This document shows, one piece after another, positions 47,064-58,231 of a stretch of DNA of 64,000 nt. The notes below the pieces were generated by a model that saw only the letters and a program-made list of their open reading frames with translations, ran no database searches and was not told the origin of the DNA. Position 1 is the stretch's first letter, and the number at the start of each line of letters is the position of its first letter. Source of the stretch: a virus; IMG/VR virus record IMGVR_UViG_3300034071_001262. One strand, written 5' to 3'. A program made the position numbers and the translations under genes.

Positions 47064-47552
47064 ATGTCAATTGATTTAACAACCTTGATAGATTGTTCAG
47101 CTATAAATATATCAAATACTACCTATAATCATAGTATCCATTTTAAGAAGCTAGATAAAAATGCTATAGCTCCATCTAAGGCTAATCATACAGATGCTGG
47201 CTATGATTTATATGCCCTAGAGGATTGCATAATACCATCACAGAATAGATTGATGATTAAAACTGGAATATCTATGGCAATTCCAGATGGCTATGTTGGT
47301 TTAATATGGCCTAGATCTGGATTGGCTGTTAAGCACGGGCTTGATACTATGGCTGGAGTGGTTGATAGTGGTTATCGTGGCGAAGTGTGTGTTGTGTTAC
47401 AAAATCATGGATATGAACCATATAATGTTAAGGCTGGGGATAGAATAGCACAAATATTATTTCAATCTATTTTATCTGTACAAATGATAGAGACTGAGGA
47501 ATTAAATAATTCTGACAGAGGACAGTCTGGTTTTGGCAGTAGCGGAAATTAA
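47064..47552 (+). CDS. dut: dUTPase
   Basis: DAGYDL, PRSGLA, GVVDSGYRGE, GDRIAQ, RGQSGFGSSG. Confidence 0.95.
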   Translation: MSIDLTTLIDCSAINISNTTYNHSIHFKKLDKNAIAPSKANHTDAGYDLYALEDCIIPSQNRLMIKTGISMAIPDGYVGLIWPRSGLAVKHGLDTMAGVVDSGYRGEVCVVLQNHGYEPYNVKAGDRIAQILFQSILSVQMIETEELNNSDRGQSGFGSSGN

Positions 47553-47554
47553 AT

Positions 47555-48652
47555 ATGTCTCAAAATAGAGTTTTCTATGCCTGTCAGGCTGTACTGTATA
47601 GAAAACGAAATACTAAATCTGGTGGAACTTATGCATACTTAGATGGCGCTCAGTCAGTTGGCGTAAGTAGCACTAGCGAATCTTCATCTATAGTAGACAT
47701 TGGTAGATTTCAAAGAAGGTTTCGTTTTGAAAATAAGAACCGTACTCATGAAATTAATATTTCTAGAATAATACCAAGGGGTGGACAATTATTCTACTAT
47801 GATGAAAGTTCTAGTACTAATTATAATCAGTGTCATCTACTATCTAATACAAATCTAGGATGTCAAGGATCAGACACATATACTAATAGTAGTGGATTAA
47901 AAAATTATGATATTATAATAGTATATGGAGAAGATGATGTATCTTTAATACAAGATAGTGCAACACTGACAAAAGTGTCATATAAAAATTGCCTACTAAC
48001 AAATATATCATATGATATTGGTGTTGATCAAATCACAGAAACAATTACACTTATTAGTAATATTGTAAAATATGATGATGGCGATATTGATGCTTTACCC
48101 GATTCAGCTCAAGATGGAGATATTCTAAAAAGACAGCATATTAAAATGTCTTCTACTATCTTGCCAGAAGAAGCCAATCAAATTTTTAAATTGAATAGTC
48201 CACTATCTATAGACAATAAAGATGTATTTGGTTTACAGTCAATACAAATTGAAGCTACAATAGATTATACAGAACTAAATGATATTGGTATTTGGAGAGG
48301 GGCAAATGATGAAACAGATGTCAATCTCTGGAAGTTTGTGAACTTACCAATCAGTATAACCTGTTCATTGGTAGGTGTTATTAGAAGTATATACCTATAT
48401 CAAGATATATTGCGCTTAGATAAAACATTCGAAGAAAACAAACAAATAAAAATTGTAGCTGATGCTTTAGGCAGTCAATATTTTGTGTGGGATTTAGGGA
48501 CGAAAAACTACCTAGATAATATCTCTACTTCTGGTGGAGATACCGGTGGAGGTAATGTGGAACTAACACTGTCATATAAAAATGATTATAGTGATTTAGT
48601 ACAATACAAAGGTGCTACTATTCGTTCAATCTCAAACACTGGGCCATATTAA
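47555..48652 (+). CDS. hypothetical protein, possibly tail-tube-like structural
   Basis: beta-rich composition; no enzymatic motif seen. Confidence 0.5.
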   Translation: MSQNRVFYACQAVLYRKRNTKSGGTYAYLDGAQSVGVSSTSESSSIVDIGRFQRRFRFENKNRTHEINISRIIPRGGQLFYYDESSSTNYNQCHLLSNTNLGCQGSDTYTNSSGLKNYDIIIVYGEDDVSLIQDSATLTKVSYKNCLLTNISYDIGVDQITETITLISNIVKYDDGDIDALPDSAQDGDILKRQHIKMSSTILPEEANQIFKLNSPLSIDNKDVFGLQSIQIEATIDYTELNDIGIWRGANDETDVNLWKFVNLPISITCSLVGVIRSIYLYQDILRLDKTFEENKQIKIVADALGSQYFVWDLGTKNYLDNISTSGGDTGGGNVELTLSYKNDYSDLVQYKGATIRSISNTGPY

Positions 48653-48653
48653 A

Positions 48654-49325
48654 ATGAGAAAAAAAAGAACAACAGATTCTAATAAAGAAAAAAAGCCACC
48701 ATTAAGAAAAGTATTCAAACCTAAAACACAAAATCAAGTAGACTATATTAGAACAATGTCTGAATGCGATATAACTTTTTGCGTAGGACCAGCTGGTAGT
48801 GGTAAAACAGCTGTGGCCGTTGGATTGGCATGTGAATATTTACTAACTAATAGAATTGAGAAAATTATTATTACTAGACCTGTTGTAGAATCTGGTCGTG
48901 GTTTAGGATATTTGCCGGGAACATTAACAGAAAAGGTATTACCATACTTAATACCCACGTTGGAAGAAATGAAACTATATTTAAGTACTGACACATTTAA
49001 TAATTACAAGAATACCAATGCCATAGAATTATGTCCACTAGAATATATGAGAGGAAGAAATTTTCATAATTCATTTATGATATTAGATGAAGCACAAAAT
49101 GCTACATATGAACAGATAAAAATGTTCTTAACAAGAATTGGAACACAATCTAAAGCGGTAATTAATGGCGATATCACACAAACGGATTTGAACGAACAGT
49201 CTGACGGCGGTTTAGATGACTGCATAGAAAGACTTAGGGGCGTTGAAGGTGTTGGGATATGTAAACTATCATCAGAGGATATTGTAAGAAATAAAATTAT
49301 TGCTAGAATTATTGCCAGACTTTAG
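48654..49325 (+). CDS. phoH: PhoH-like ATPase
   Basis: GPAGSGKT, RPVVE, LGYLPG, YMRGR, ILDEAQN, GDITQTD. Confidence 0.95.
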   Translation: MRKKRTTDSNKEKKPPLRKVFKPKTQNQVDYIRTMSECDITFCVGPAGSGKTAVAVGLACEYLLTNRIEKIIITRPVVESGRGLGYLPGTLTEKVLPYLIPTLEEMKLYLSTDTFNNYKNTNAIELCPLEYMRGRNFHNSFMILDEAQNATYEQIKMFLTRIGTQSKAVINGDITQTDLNEQSDGGLDDCIERLRGVEGVGICKLSSEDIVRNKIIARIIARL

Positions 49326-49392
49326 TATGTTGTGTGTTTTTTGATTATGATCTATCTATAATGAAGGACAAAGGAAGGTTACGGAGAGCTAT

Positions 49393-49734
49393 ATGCCAAC
49401 ATACGATTTTGAGTGTGAGCCATGTGCGTTTTATATAGAAATTAAACAGGGATTTAATGATCCCTCTACTCATACTTGCCCAATCTGTGGAAAAGAAACA
49501 TTAGTTAAAGTTTTTATTAATCCACCAGCAATCATGATAAGGGGAGAACCTGTAACAATTGCACAACTAGCAGATAGAAATACCCAAAAAATGGGAAAAT
49601 ATGAGTTACAAGATAAGAATGCTAAAAATAATATTCATCAAGCATCAGAAATCACAGAACAACGTAAACTTAATAGAAGAATTAATAAAATGACCCAACA
49701 AGAAAAAGTACGTTGGATTAAAGATGGTGACTGA
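49393..49734 (+). CDS. FmdB-like zinc-ribbon protein
   Basis: MPTYDFECEPC...CPICG. Confidence 0.8.
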   Translation: MPTYDFECEPCAFYIEIKQGFNDPSTHTCPICGKETLVKVFINPPAIMIRGEPVTIAQLADRNTQKMGKYELQDKNAKNNIHQASEITEQRKLNRRINKMTQQEKVRWIKDGD

Positions 49735-49964
49735 TGAATCATAATTTGAGTAATAGAAAAGAACACCCACATCATGTCACTATTACAATGAAAATTGATA
49801 TTAGAAAGATATTACCAGATGGAACGCTTGATCAACAAGTATTAGGAAATAAACTTCTATCTGATTATGGTATATCAAATAAAGCACAATTTTATTTTTC
49901 TGCCGTGTCAGAGGCAGAAGCAATTAAATATCTTAAACAAAAATTGGAGAGATTAAATGGCTAG
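49734..49964 (+). CDS. hypothetical protein
   Basis: coupled ORF. Confidence 0.6.
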   Translation: MNHNLSNRKEHPHHVTITMKIDIRKILPDGTLDQQVLGNKLLSDYGISNKAQFYFSAVSEAEAIKYLKQKLERLNG

Positions 49965-50298
49965 GTGGGAAAATGAAGATGTAAGTGATCTAAATTTACC
50001 AGATCCAGTACATCTTGTCAGGACTTTCTTTGACAAAAACGCCAAAGAGACTAATAATGAAGAAGTAGCATTCGCCAAAAAAACAATTAATGACGATAAA
50101 GAATTATATTATATTAAATATGCGCGTGGAGAGATTATAGATCCACATCATATAGATAGTAGCATACGCAATACTACATATCCAAAAATATTCAAAAAGG
50201 TTAATAAACAGGCATTCGATTCATATATAAAATTTCTTCAAACAAAAAATCGTTTATACTTTACAATGGCAAGAAGAATAGTAATGGAGCAAATATAA
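49957..50298 (+). CDS. hypothetical protein
   Basis: coupled ORF. Confidence 0.65.
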   Translation: MARWENEDVSDLNLPDPVHLVRTFFDKNAKETNNEEVAFAKKTINDDKELYYIKYARGEIIDPHHIDSSIRNTTYPKIFKKVNKQAFDSYIKFLQTKNRLYFTMARRIVMEQI

Positions 50299-50612
50299 TG
50301 AGAAAAGGACCACTATCTAAAGCAGATAAAGAATTTATTGACGCTAATAGATCTAATATGACACTAGTTGAACTAGCCTCTAAATTACAAAGATCAGATA
50401 AGGTTGTTGAGACATATTTGAAAACACTTACTCCTACAACTGATACCAATAATGGTGGTTCAGATATAAATCTATACGCAAGAAACAAAGAGCGTGGTGT
50501 AGTTGTTATGACAGAATCTGCTTCAATGTCAGCGGATGAAAAAAAGACTAAATTAGATGTATACTCATCTAGAAAATATAGAGATGTAATTCATAAAATT
50601 CGGGAGGATTGA
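50298..50612 (+). CDS. hypothetical protein, N-terminal HTH-like
   Basis: DKEFI...MTLVELASKLQRS. Confidence 0.6.
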   Translation: MRKGPLSKADKEFIDANRSNMTLVELASKLQRSDKVVETYLKTLTPTTDTNNGGSDINLYARNKERGVVVMTESASMSADEKKTKLDVYSSRKYRDVIHKIRED

Positions 50613-50613
50613 T

Positions 50614-51120
50614 ATGATTTGCAAAAGTATAGATGGATACATGGAAAAATTATGCTATCATGATCTTATGATCAGTTGGCAAATTACTCTTAATGATGGC
50701 ACAAAAGCTTATGGAGATTATGACAGAGAAGGATTTGATAATCCTTGGATTAGACTTAAAAGATATTGTGCAGAGAATGATGTATATCCAGTAAAGGTGG
50801 AATTACATATGTTTGGTGCGCCTCATGAGATTTTCTTTGAAGATGAAGAAGGTCTAGATGGCGTGTTTGTTATGCGTGGCATGGCTAAAGATCAAGCAAT
50901 GGATGGAAGTCATTCACAGTCTTTTCAAACAATAACAGTTGGACTTTTAAGAGATGACTGTTCTTGTATAGATGTTGCAAAATATACTTGGCCTATTAGT
51001 CAGTTTGAAAAAAGACATAGTACTAGAGTATTGACAGAAGAAAATGTTGCAAGCATGTTATTTAAAAATGGATCAAAAAAACGAGAACATCCAGAAATAC
51101 AAAAGTTGCTCAACGGGTGA
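50614..51120 (+). CDS. hypothetical protein
   Basis: GGGAGG RBS. Confidence 0.7.
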   Translation: MICKSIDGYMEKLCYHDLMISWQITLNDGTKAYGDYDREGFDNPWIRLKRYCAENDVYPVKVELHMFGAPHEIFFEDEEGLDGVFVMRGMAKDQAMDGSHSQSFQTITVGLLRDDCSCIDVAKYTWPISQFEKRHSTRVLTEENVASMLFKNGSKKREHPEIQKLLNG

Positions 51121-51547
51121 ACCCTGTACCGCAGCACAATATATAGCTGAATTGGTGTGTATTAGGAAAAGAGAAAAAGATAATACTGGTAATCTAGAAT
51201 ATAAATTTTGGAATAAATCGCAAAAGGACGAGTATCAGATACAAATCCGAGTTGCCAATAAATTAATAAATAAATATTCAATAGAAGCAGTATTACATTA
51301 TTTAAATACGGCACACGGTAAAAAAACATACTCGTTAGGTTTTTTACATTCATCTAAAAAATTTGTATTGATTTCTAAATATGTTGAAGATTATATTAAA
51401 ATCAGTTTTGAAATAACAGAAGCTGAAAAACAAAAACCAAAAAAGACTCTTGACACAGCAAACATTGACAAATTAGAATATACAACCAGACCAAAAAATT
51501 TAAAAACTACACTCTTGAATAAGATTAGGAAAGCACAAAATGGCTAA
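51068..51547 (+). CDS. hypothetical protein
   Basis: precedes recA in the operon. Confidence 0.65.
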   Translation: MDQKNENIQKYKSCSTGEPCTAAQYIAELVCIRKREKDNTGNLEYKFWNKSQKDEYQIQIRVANKLINKYSIEAVLHYLNTAHGKKTYSLGFLHSSKKFVLISKYVEDYIKISFEITEAEKQKPKKTLDTANIDKLEYTTRPKNLKTTLLNKIRKAQNG

Positions 51548-52619
51548 AGAAAAAGATCCAGAATATCTTACAAAGATTCTAAAACAGTATGGTAATATTA
51601 TATCTAATGGTCAGCAGATCCTAGAGGAAAAACGTAACTACAAAGTTATATCTGTGAGTCCAGCCATAGATATTGCTTTAGGTGGAGGTATTCGTGAAGG
51701 AACTTGGCTCACACTTACTGGAGATCCAAAAAGCGGTAAGACAACAACTGCAATGCAAATAGCATCTAATTGCCAAAAGGAGGGAAGACCGGTTATATAT
51801 TTAGATGTTGAGGGCAGATTGAAAGATATGAACTTTGAAGTAAGAGATTTAGATGCCTCAAAAATGAAAATTATACATCCAGAAGATAAACCACTACCAG
51901 CAGAGGATTTTTTAGATGTGGCACATAAGTTAATGAGTCATCCAGATTATCATGGTGCGGTACTTATTATAGATTCTATATCCTCATTAATGCCAGCAAA
52001 AGAATTAGATGGAGATATGACCCCCGGTAGGGCTGGATTACCAAAGATTCTATCTATCTTTACTAAAAAGATGGGTCAGCTCTTACCAAGACAACGTGGC
52101 TTAATAATAGCAATTACACACTTCATAGCAAACACAGCTGGATTTGGTGCCACTAAAATGGCTGATGGTGGTACAAAAATTCAATATCAAGCAGATACAA
52201 GAATGGAAATCAAGAGTGGTGGAGAAAAGCTATCCGCTGTAACTCCTTGGACTAATAATAATCAAGAAAGAATTGGTCAGGTTGTGAACTGGAAAATTTT
52301 ATGTTCATCGATGGGGCCACCCGGTGGACAAGTACAAAGTTGGATTAGATATGGTCATGGAATTGATAAAGTGCAAGAGGTATTGATTCTTGCTCTGGAT
52401 CTTGGTATGATAGATAAGGCCGGTGCATGGATGACATGTTCCTTTATGGGGCAGCATAAAGACTTAATTAAGAAGATAAAACCAGATTTGGATATCGAAG
52501 ATAGCGAAGCGATAGAAAAGGCTTTTAAGTTTCAAGGACAAGATAACCTATATCAATTTTTAGTATCTAATCCAGAAGTAGTGTCAATATTGGAAAATAA
52601 TATTAAGTGTGTGATATGA
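51540..52619 (+). CDS. recA: RecA/UvsX-like recombinase
   Basis: DIALGGGI, GDPKSGKTT, YLDVE, IIDSISSL, GGTKIQY. Confidence 0.9.
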   Translation: MAKEKDPEYLTKILKQYGNIISNGQQILEEKRNYKVISVSPAIDIALGGGIREGTWLTLTGDPKSGKTTTAMQIASNCQKEGRPVIYLDVEGRLKDMNFEVRDLDASKMKIIHPEDKPLPAEDFLDVAHKLMSHPDYHGAVLIIDSISSLMPAKELDGDMTPGRAGLPKILSIFTKKMGQLLPRQRGLIIAITHFIANTAGFGATKMADGGTKIQYQADTRMEIKSGGEKLSAVTPWTNNNQERIGQVVNWKILCSSMGPPGGQVQSWIRYGHGIDKVQEVLILALDLGMIDKAGAWMTCSFMGQHKDLIKKIKPDLDIEDSEAIEKAFKFQGQDNLYQFLVSNPEVVSILENNIKCVI

Positions 52620-53020
52620 ACATATTAGGACTAGATGGTAAAAACTATAGTTGGAACCCGTCTGCAAATCAAGCAGACACAGAAAATAGATCATCATTAC
52701 ATATGATGGCAAAAGACTTATTGAATGAACTATTTCCACATGATAGAGTTTTAGAAGAGGTATCTTTACCCGGAAGTAAGACAAAGTACAGAAACACTGT
52801 ATTGAGAGCCGATTTTTTCATACCAAATAGAAATTTGATCATAGAAGTTCATGGAGAGCAGCATTACAAATTCAATAAATTCTTCTTCAAAAACAAGTTA
52901 CATTTTTATCGTGCAAAAGCCAGAGATAATGATAAAAGAGAGTGGTGTGATATTAATTCCATCAAGTTAGTTGAACTAAATTATAATGAGGATATAAATG
53001 AATGGAGAAGAAAGATTTGA
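52616..53020 (+). CDS. PD-(D/E)XK (Vsr/DUF559-like) endonuclease
   Basis: ADFFIP...IEVHGEQHY...RDNDKREWC. Confidence 0.75.
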   Translation: MNILGLDGKNYSWNPSANQADTENRSSLHMMAKDLLNELFPHDRVLEEVSLPGSKTKYRNTVLRADFFIPNRNLIIEVHGEQHYKFNKFFFKNKLHFYRAKARDNDKREWCDINSIKLVELNYNEDINEWRRKI

Positions 53021-53468
53021 AGTATTCAAATCTTCTATTGAAGATTGGATTAATTTGCATGGCATTCAAGCTGTCAAACCTAATCCCGCGATAGATGAAA
53101 TATTGAATATTGGTAGGGATCAACTCAGAAAATTAACTCATAATCAATGCCTAGAGTATGCATATGAATTATATGCATATAGTGAATATTTAGATAGTTT
53201 ATTGTGCAAAGAGCAAATTGCCTTCGATTGGGCTGATGATAGCATATGGTATGTGATTGCAGACAAGATAGATCAGTACGGAGATAAATATACAAAATGG
53301 CAAGAGAAGTACTTTAAAGCAGTTAAGGAAAATCCATTAGCAACACAAATTGTTAAAGTAAAAACTTATTCTAGTGCTAGAATCAAGGTATTACAAAATA
53401 AAATCAGCACTATCAAAAAGATGTCAGAAATATTATCTAGTTTAGCTAAGAGGAAATATAATGAATAA
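52998..53468 (+). CDS. hypothetical helical protein (UvsY-like position)
   Basis: helical, located near recA; similarity unverified. Confidence 0.55.
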   Translation: MNGEERFEVFKSSIEDWINLHGIQAVKPNPAIDEILNIGRDQLRKLTHNQCLEYAYELYAYSEYLDSLLCKEQIAFDWADDSIWYVIADKIDQYGDKYTKWQEKYFKAVKENPLATQIVKVKTYSSARIKVLQNKISTIKKMSEILSSLAKRKYNE

Positions 53469-53862
53469 AACAGAACACATAAAGAACCTATTAAAAAAAG
53501 CAATAGAAACAAATGACGAAGAACTAATTGCACTAGCAAGTTCTTTAATGTCTGAACAAGACATAGCAGCACCAATAGAGAAAAAAGACGACAATAATGA
53601 ATTCATCTTCACTATGCCAAAATCACAGAATGACAACAAAAGAGGGGTGCCTGTAAATGCCATCAAGAAACGTGTAAATACGTTTCAAGATGATGGAATA
53701 GAAGCCAAAGATATTACTACACCAGATATAAAGCCAACAGAAAGAAAGCGACCAAGGTTTCAACCAATATATCAAACTTGTCAAAAGTGCAATAAATCAA
53801 TTCAGACTCATCCAACACATAAAAGAGATTTCTTTATCTGCGATAGATGTATAGGTAAATAA
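53461..53862 (+). CDS. hypothetical protein with C-terminal Zn ribbon
   Basis: CQKC...CDRC. Confidence 0.65.
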   Translation: MNKTEHIKNLLKKAIETNDEELIALASSLMSEQDIAAPIEKKDDNNEFIFTMPKSQNDNKRGVPVNAIKKRVNTFQDDGIEAKDITTPDIKPTERKRPRFQPIYQTCQKCNKSIQTHPTHKRDFFICDRCIGK

Positions 53863-55322
53863 TGCAAAAGAAAAGCTTGCTAGAAAATGCTGCATCTGAA
53901 AGAGCCGTATTGGCTGGATTATGCCAATATGGCTTAGATGTGTATCTCAATATAGACTTTGTTGATACCGACCATTTTCATAATAGCACCAATCAACTTA
54001 TATTCAGTTGCTTAAAGGCCATAATAAACAATAATATCAAAGTTGATTTAACATCAATTCTATCTGCCGCTAGTGATCTAGGTATTTCTGAAAAGATTAA
54101 TACTAAAGATGAAATAGGTTTCATTAGATCATTATTTAATTTCCCTATTCATAAAGAAAATGTTTCCATACATGCAGCTAAAATCGCTAAATTAAAATTA
54201 GCTAGAGATCTAAAGCAAACTCTTAAAGTTTGCTCTGAGAGACTAGAGACTATAAACGGTGAAGAAGATATCATGGATATGATATCTAGTATAGAAGAGC
54301 CAATATTAGATGCAACGTCTAGTATTTATCAATCATCTAATAAGTCTACTGAAATCATAGGATCAAATATAGAAGAGTATATTACATACCTATGCGACAA
54401 TCCATCAGATTTTGCAGGTATTCCAACAGGCTTTAGTAGATATGATTTAGCCATAGGTGGTGGCTTGCGTAGAAAATGCGTAGATTTAATTGCCGCCAGA
54501 CCAAAAATTGGTAAATCAATGTTTGGTGATGCTGTAGCTTTAAATGTATCCAAAGGACTTAAAATACCAGTTCTTATGCTCGATACTGAAATGTCAAAGG
54601 AAGATCATCTCAATCGCATGATAGCAAATTTGAGCGGTGTAGAAATTAATAAGATATCTACTGGAAAATTTGGACAATGTGAATTAGATAAAGAGAAGGT
54701 ATATAAGGCAGCAGAAGAACTTAAAAGTATTCCATATCACTACATCAGTATTGCTGGTCAGCCATTTGAAAATATAATATCAATCATGAGAAAATGGATA
54801 TATCAATATGTAGGATTTAATGAGGATGGCTCTACTAAAGACTGTTTAATAATATATGACTATCTAAAATTAATGGGATCAGAAACAATAAACAATTCTA
54901 TGCAAGAATATCAAGTTCTTGGTTTTCAAATTACTAAACTACATAATTTTTGCGTAAAGTATGATGTACCATGCCTTAGTTTTGTACAATTAAATAGAGA
55001 TGGTATTACTAAGGAATCTACAGATGTAGTTTCTGGATCAGATAGATTAATTTGGCTATGTACAAGTTTCTCAATATTCAAGCTAAAATCAGATGAAGAA
55101 ATTGCTGAAGATAGGCAAGAAAATGGAAATCGTAAACTTGTACCAATCGTGTCAAGGCATGGTGGAGGACTAGATGATGGCGATTATATTAGCATGAAGA
55201 TGTTTGGCTCTATTGGTAAAATAGAAGAAGGCAAGACTAGAAACGAAATACATCAAAAGGCAAAAAATAAACAAGAAGGATTTGAGATCGATGGAGAAAT
55301 TGACTCAGAAACAGATATATAG
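53862..55322 (+). CDS. dnaB: replicative DNA helicase
   Basis: SERAVL, GIPTGF, AARPKIGKS, DTEM, YDYLKL, QLNR. Confidence 0.92.
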   Translation: MQKKSLLENAASERAVLAGLCQYGLDVYLNIDFVDTDHFHNSTNQLIFSCLKAIINNNIKVDLTSILSAASDLGISEKINTKDEIGFIRSLFNFPIHKENVSIHAAKIAKLKLARDLKQTLKVCSERLETINGEEDIMDMISSIEEPILDATSSIYQSSNKSTEIIGSNIEEYITYLCDNPSDFAGIPTGFSRYDLAIGGGLRRKCVDLIAARPKIGKSMFGDAVALNVSKGLKIPVLMLDTEMSKEDHLNRMIANLSGVEINKISTGKFGQCELDKEKVYKAAEELKSIPYHYISIAGQPFENIISIMRKWIYQYVGFNEDGSTKDCLIIYDYLKLMGSETINNSMQEYQVLGFQITKLHNFCVKYDVPCLSFVQLNRDGITKESTDVVSGSDRLIWLCTSFSIFKLKSDEEIAEDRQENGNRKLVPIVSRHGGGLDDGDYISMKMFGSIGKIEEGKTRNEIHQKAKNKQEGFEIDGEIDSETDI

Positions 55323-56331
55323 TATCTGTGTTAAATTGATAGACAATATTCCCAAAATATTGAATACATTTCAAATTGACTACATAGAATATCCAAATAG
55401 ATTTTCATTTCCTTGTCCTGTGCATGGTGGTGATAATCCAGAGGGATGCAGTTTGTTTGTTGATGGCGATTCAGCTAAAGGTAATTGGAGATGCTGGACA
55501 CATAATTGTCAAGAAGAATATACTAGTAATATTTTTGGATTTGTTAGAGGGGCTATGTCTCACACACGAAGAAAAAAAATCTCATTAAATGAAACTCTAT
55601 CATTTTGTGAAAATATACTTGGCACAAAATTGAACCACTCTGATATAGAAATACCAACCAAAAATTTAGACATACTAGAAGTCTTTACAAAAAAACCACA
55701 AGATATAGGTAGTGAATTATCTAGATCACAAGTTAGATTAAAACTAGATATACCATGCAAATACTTTATCAATAGAGGATTTCTACCAGAAACGTTAAAC
55801 ACATTTGATGTTGGTATTTGTAAAGAAAAAAATAAACCTATGTCTGGCAGATCTGTAGTACCAATATATGATCAATCATATAAATATGTTGGATGTGCTG
55901 GTAGAGCATTGAACAATGATTTGCAACCTAAGTGGTTATACAGTAAAGGCTTTAAAAAAGCTGTGTTATATGGTATGCATATAGCTAAATATGATATATT
56001 ACAAACTGGTAACATAATTTTGGTAGAAGGTCAGGGTGATGTATGGAGGATGCACGAAGCTGGATATAAACAAACAGTAGGTATTTTTGGTTCCAGTATC
56101 AGTGATGATCAACTATTACTAATGGAAAATAGTGGAGCATGTAATGTAATTATATTAACGGACTCAGATGATGCTGGTGATATGGCCTATAAACAGATAG
56201 TCAAAAAATGCGGTCGTAGATTTAATTATTATCGACCACGAATTTCAGCCAAAGATGCTGGCGATATGAAAATATCAGATCTACAGAAAGAACTAGCACC
56301 CCAACTAAAAGGAGTAATTGATGCAAACTAG
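55291..56331 (+). CDS. dnaG: DNA primase (Zn finger + TOPRIM)
   Basis: CPVH...WRC..C, VEGQGD, DSDDAG, KDAGD. Confidence 0.9.
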   Translation: MEKLTQKQIYSICVKLIDNIPKILNTFQIDYIEYPNRFSFPCPVHGGDNPEGCSLFVDGDSAKGNWRCWTHNCQEEYTSNIFGFVRGAMSHTRRKKISLNETLSFCENILGTKLNHSDIEIPTKNLDILEVFTKKPQDIGSELSRSQVRLKLDIPCKYFINRGFLPETLNTFDVGICKEKNKPMSGRSVVPIYDQSYKYVGCAGRALNNDLQPKWLYSKGFKKAVLYGMHIAKYDILQTGNIILVEGQGDVWRMHEAGYKQTVGIFGSSISDDQLLLMENSGACNVIILTDSDDAGDMAYKQIVKKCGRRFNYYRPRISAKDAGDMKISDLQKELAPQLKGVIDAN

Positions 56332-57205
56332 AATTTTAGCTTTTGCTGGTCATAAACAGGCTGGAAAAACCACATGTTCTAATTTTTTACATGGCTATCA
56401 ACTTAGGGCTAATGGCGTGATTGATGGATTTGATATTACTACAGATGGAAAGCTAGTTATAAAAACGGCCATCATAGACGATGACGGCAAAGAGAAAGAA
56501 GGATTGGGATTATTAGAGACTAACAGATTAGATGCAGAGTTTGCAGAGTGGGCGGTATATAATATGTGGCCGTTCATTAAGAACTATTCATTTGCCACTC
56601 CGCTCAAAGATATTTGCATTGGTCTATTTGGTTTGCAACAAGAAAATATATATGGCAATAATTCCATGAAGAATGCGAATACATTCTATAGATGGGAAGA
56701 TATGCCATCTGTTATTACAGATAAAGATTTACTTACCAATCCAGAAATAAAGAAATTAGTAGATAGTGGAATATTACATTACCATCAAAAAGGCAAGATG
56801 ACACACAGAGAATTTTTACAATTCTTTGGCACAGATATATGTAGGAAAATATATGAAGATATTTGGTATAGTAGATTATTGAATGACATTAATCATGAAC
56901 AACCATTAGTAGCAATTGTAGATGATTGTAGATTTATCAATGAAGTGAATGCTATACAGAATGCTGGTGGTAAAGTGATATATTTAACTAGAAATTTATA
57001 TGACGATAGTCATAGTAGCGAAGCGGAACTAAAGGAGTGTAATCATTTTGATGCAACTATAGATAATCAAGATTTATCTATACACGAAACCAATATTAAG
57101 CTTATTGAAATATTAGATAGCTGGGGTTGGCTAGGTAAAGAAATAATACCAAATAATAAATCAATGCTACAAAAGGTTGGTGGCATACATAAAATAAAGG
57201 AATAA
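56321..57205 (+). CDS. deoxynucleoside monophosphate kinase
   Basis: FAGHKQAGKTT, SFATPLK, REFLQFFGTD, DDCRF.NE, HSSE. Confidence 0.85.
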   Translation: MQTRILAFAGHKQAGKTTCSNFLHGYQLRANGVIDGFDITTDGKLVIKTAIIDDDGKEKEGLGLLETNRLDAEFAEWAVYNMWPFIKNYSFATPLKDICIGLFGLQQENIYGNNSMKNANTFYRWEDMPSVITDKDLLTNPEIKKLVDSGILHYHQKGKMTHREFLQFFGTDICRKIYEDIWYSRLLNDINHEQPLVAIVDDCRFINEVNAIQNAGGKVIYLTRNLYDDSHSSEAELKECNHFDATIDNQDLSIHETNIKLIEILDSWGWLGKEIIPNNKSMLQKVGGIHKIKE

Positions 57206-57206
57206 A

Positions 57207-58229
57207 ATGATTATTACATATATTCGATCATCGAGCTATAACAATTATGAATATTGTCAGATGCAGTATTTTATTACATATGTTTTGGGACATCAAAGCA
57301 TATCTGGAAAGAAAGCACAGCTTGGTACGATTGTACATAAGGTTATGGAATGTTTAGCTAAATGCAAACAGGCATTACAATCCAGTAGTACAAAAAAATC
57401 TTTATCTATTAATGATGACGCGATTGGAGATCTGTCATTTACTGCCAACTCTTTATTTACTAAGTCTTTTGTAGATAAGCTTATTAGTAAAAGCTATGAT
57501 CATTACACAAGTAAATGCACTCATGACTATCATTCAGCAGATCTTGCTTTCTGTAAAGACTTAGTTAAAACAGCGTTAGAATATAATGATGGACAATTTG
57601 ATCCACGTAATAGAAAAATTATTGCCGCAGAACCACAATTTGATATTCCAATAGAAACTGGATGGGCTAAATACGAATATAAATTACCAAATGGTAAAAT
57701 TGTTAAAGGTCAATTAGCTATTAAGGGTACTATTGATCTTGTAACAGAAGTAGATAAAGATGTGATAGAAATCATAGATTGGAAAACAGGAAAAAGACTT
57801 AATTGGGCAACAGGGGAAGAAAAAACATATGATAAATTATGTCAAGACCCACAGCTGATGTTATATAATTATGCCACATCTAAACTTTTTCCAGAATATA
57901 AACAATCAATTATGTCTATCTTCTTTATTAAAGACGGTGGACCATTTAGTATGTGTTTTGATGAACAGGATCAAAATAATTTCTTGTCCATGCTAGAATC
58001 TAGATATAAGCAAATTCAACATAATGATTTTCCTAAGCCTATTTCTAATGATAGATCTAATTTTAAATGTACTAAATTATGTCACTTCTATAAGAACAAT
58101 TGGCCGGGAACAAATAAACCAATGTGCAATTATGTTGAAGATCATTTAAGAGCTTTTGGATATGATGAAACAATAGAAAAATGCACTAATGATAATTTTG
58201 ATATAGGATATTATTCAGCGCCGGGTTAA
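57207..58229 (+). CDS. PD-(D/E)XK nuclease (Cas4/AddB-like exonuclease)
   Basis: YC, GTIVH, KGTIDL, IDWKTG, QLMLY, CTKLC. Confidence 0.85.
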   Translation: MIITYIRSSSYNNYEYCQMQYFITYVLGHQSISGKKAQLGTIVHKVMECLAKCKQALQSSSTKKSLSINDDAIGDLSFTANSLFTKSFVDKLISKSYDHYTSKCTHDYHSADLAFCKDLVKTALEYNDGQFDPRNRKIIAAEPQFDIPIETGWAKYEYKLPNGKIVKGQLAIKGTIDLVTEVDKDVIEIIDWKTGKRLNWATGEEKTYDKLCQDPQLMLYNYATSKLFPEYKQSIMSIFFIKDGGPFSMCFDEQDQNNFLSMLESRYKQIQHNDFPKPISNDRSNFKCTKLCHFYKNNWPGTNKPMCNYVEDHLRAFGYDETIEKCTNDNFDIGYYSAPG

Positions 58230-58231
58230 TT

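Noticed and set aside
44850-55322. Inteins or introns in RNR, RecA or DnaB
   Set aside because: Lengths are normal, motifs are contiguous, and no splice-junction motifs were seen
57207-58229. Cas4 as evidence of a CRISPR-Cas system
   Set aside because: Stand-alone PD-(D/E)XK nuclease in the replication module, common in phages; no array or other cas genes
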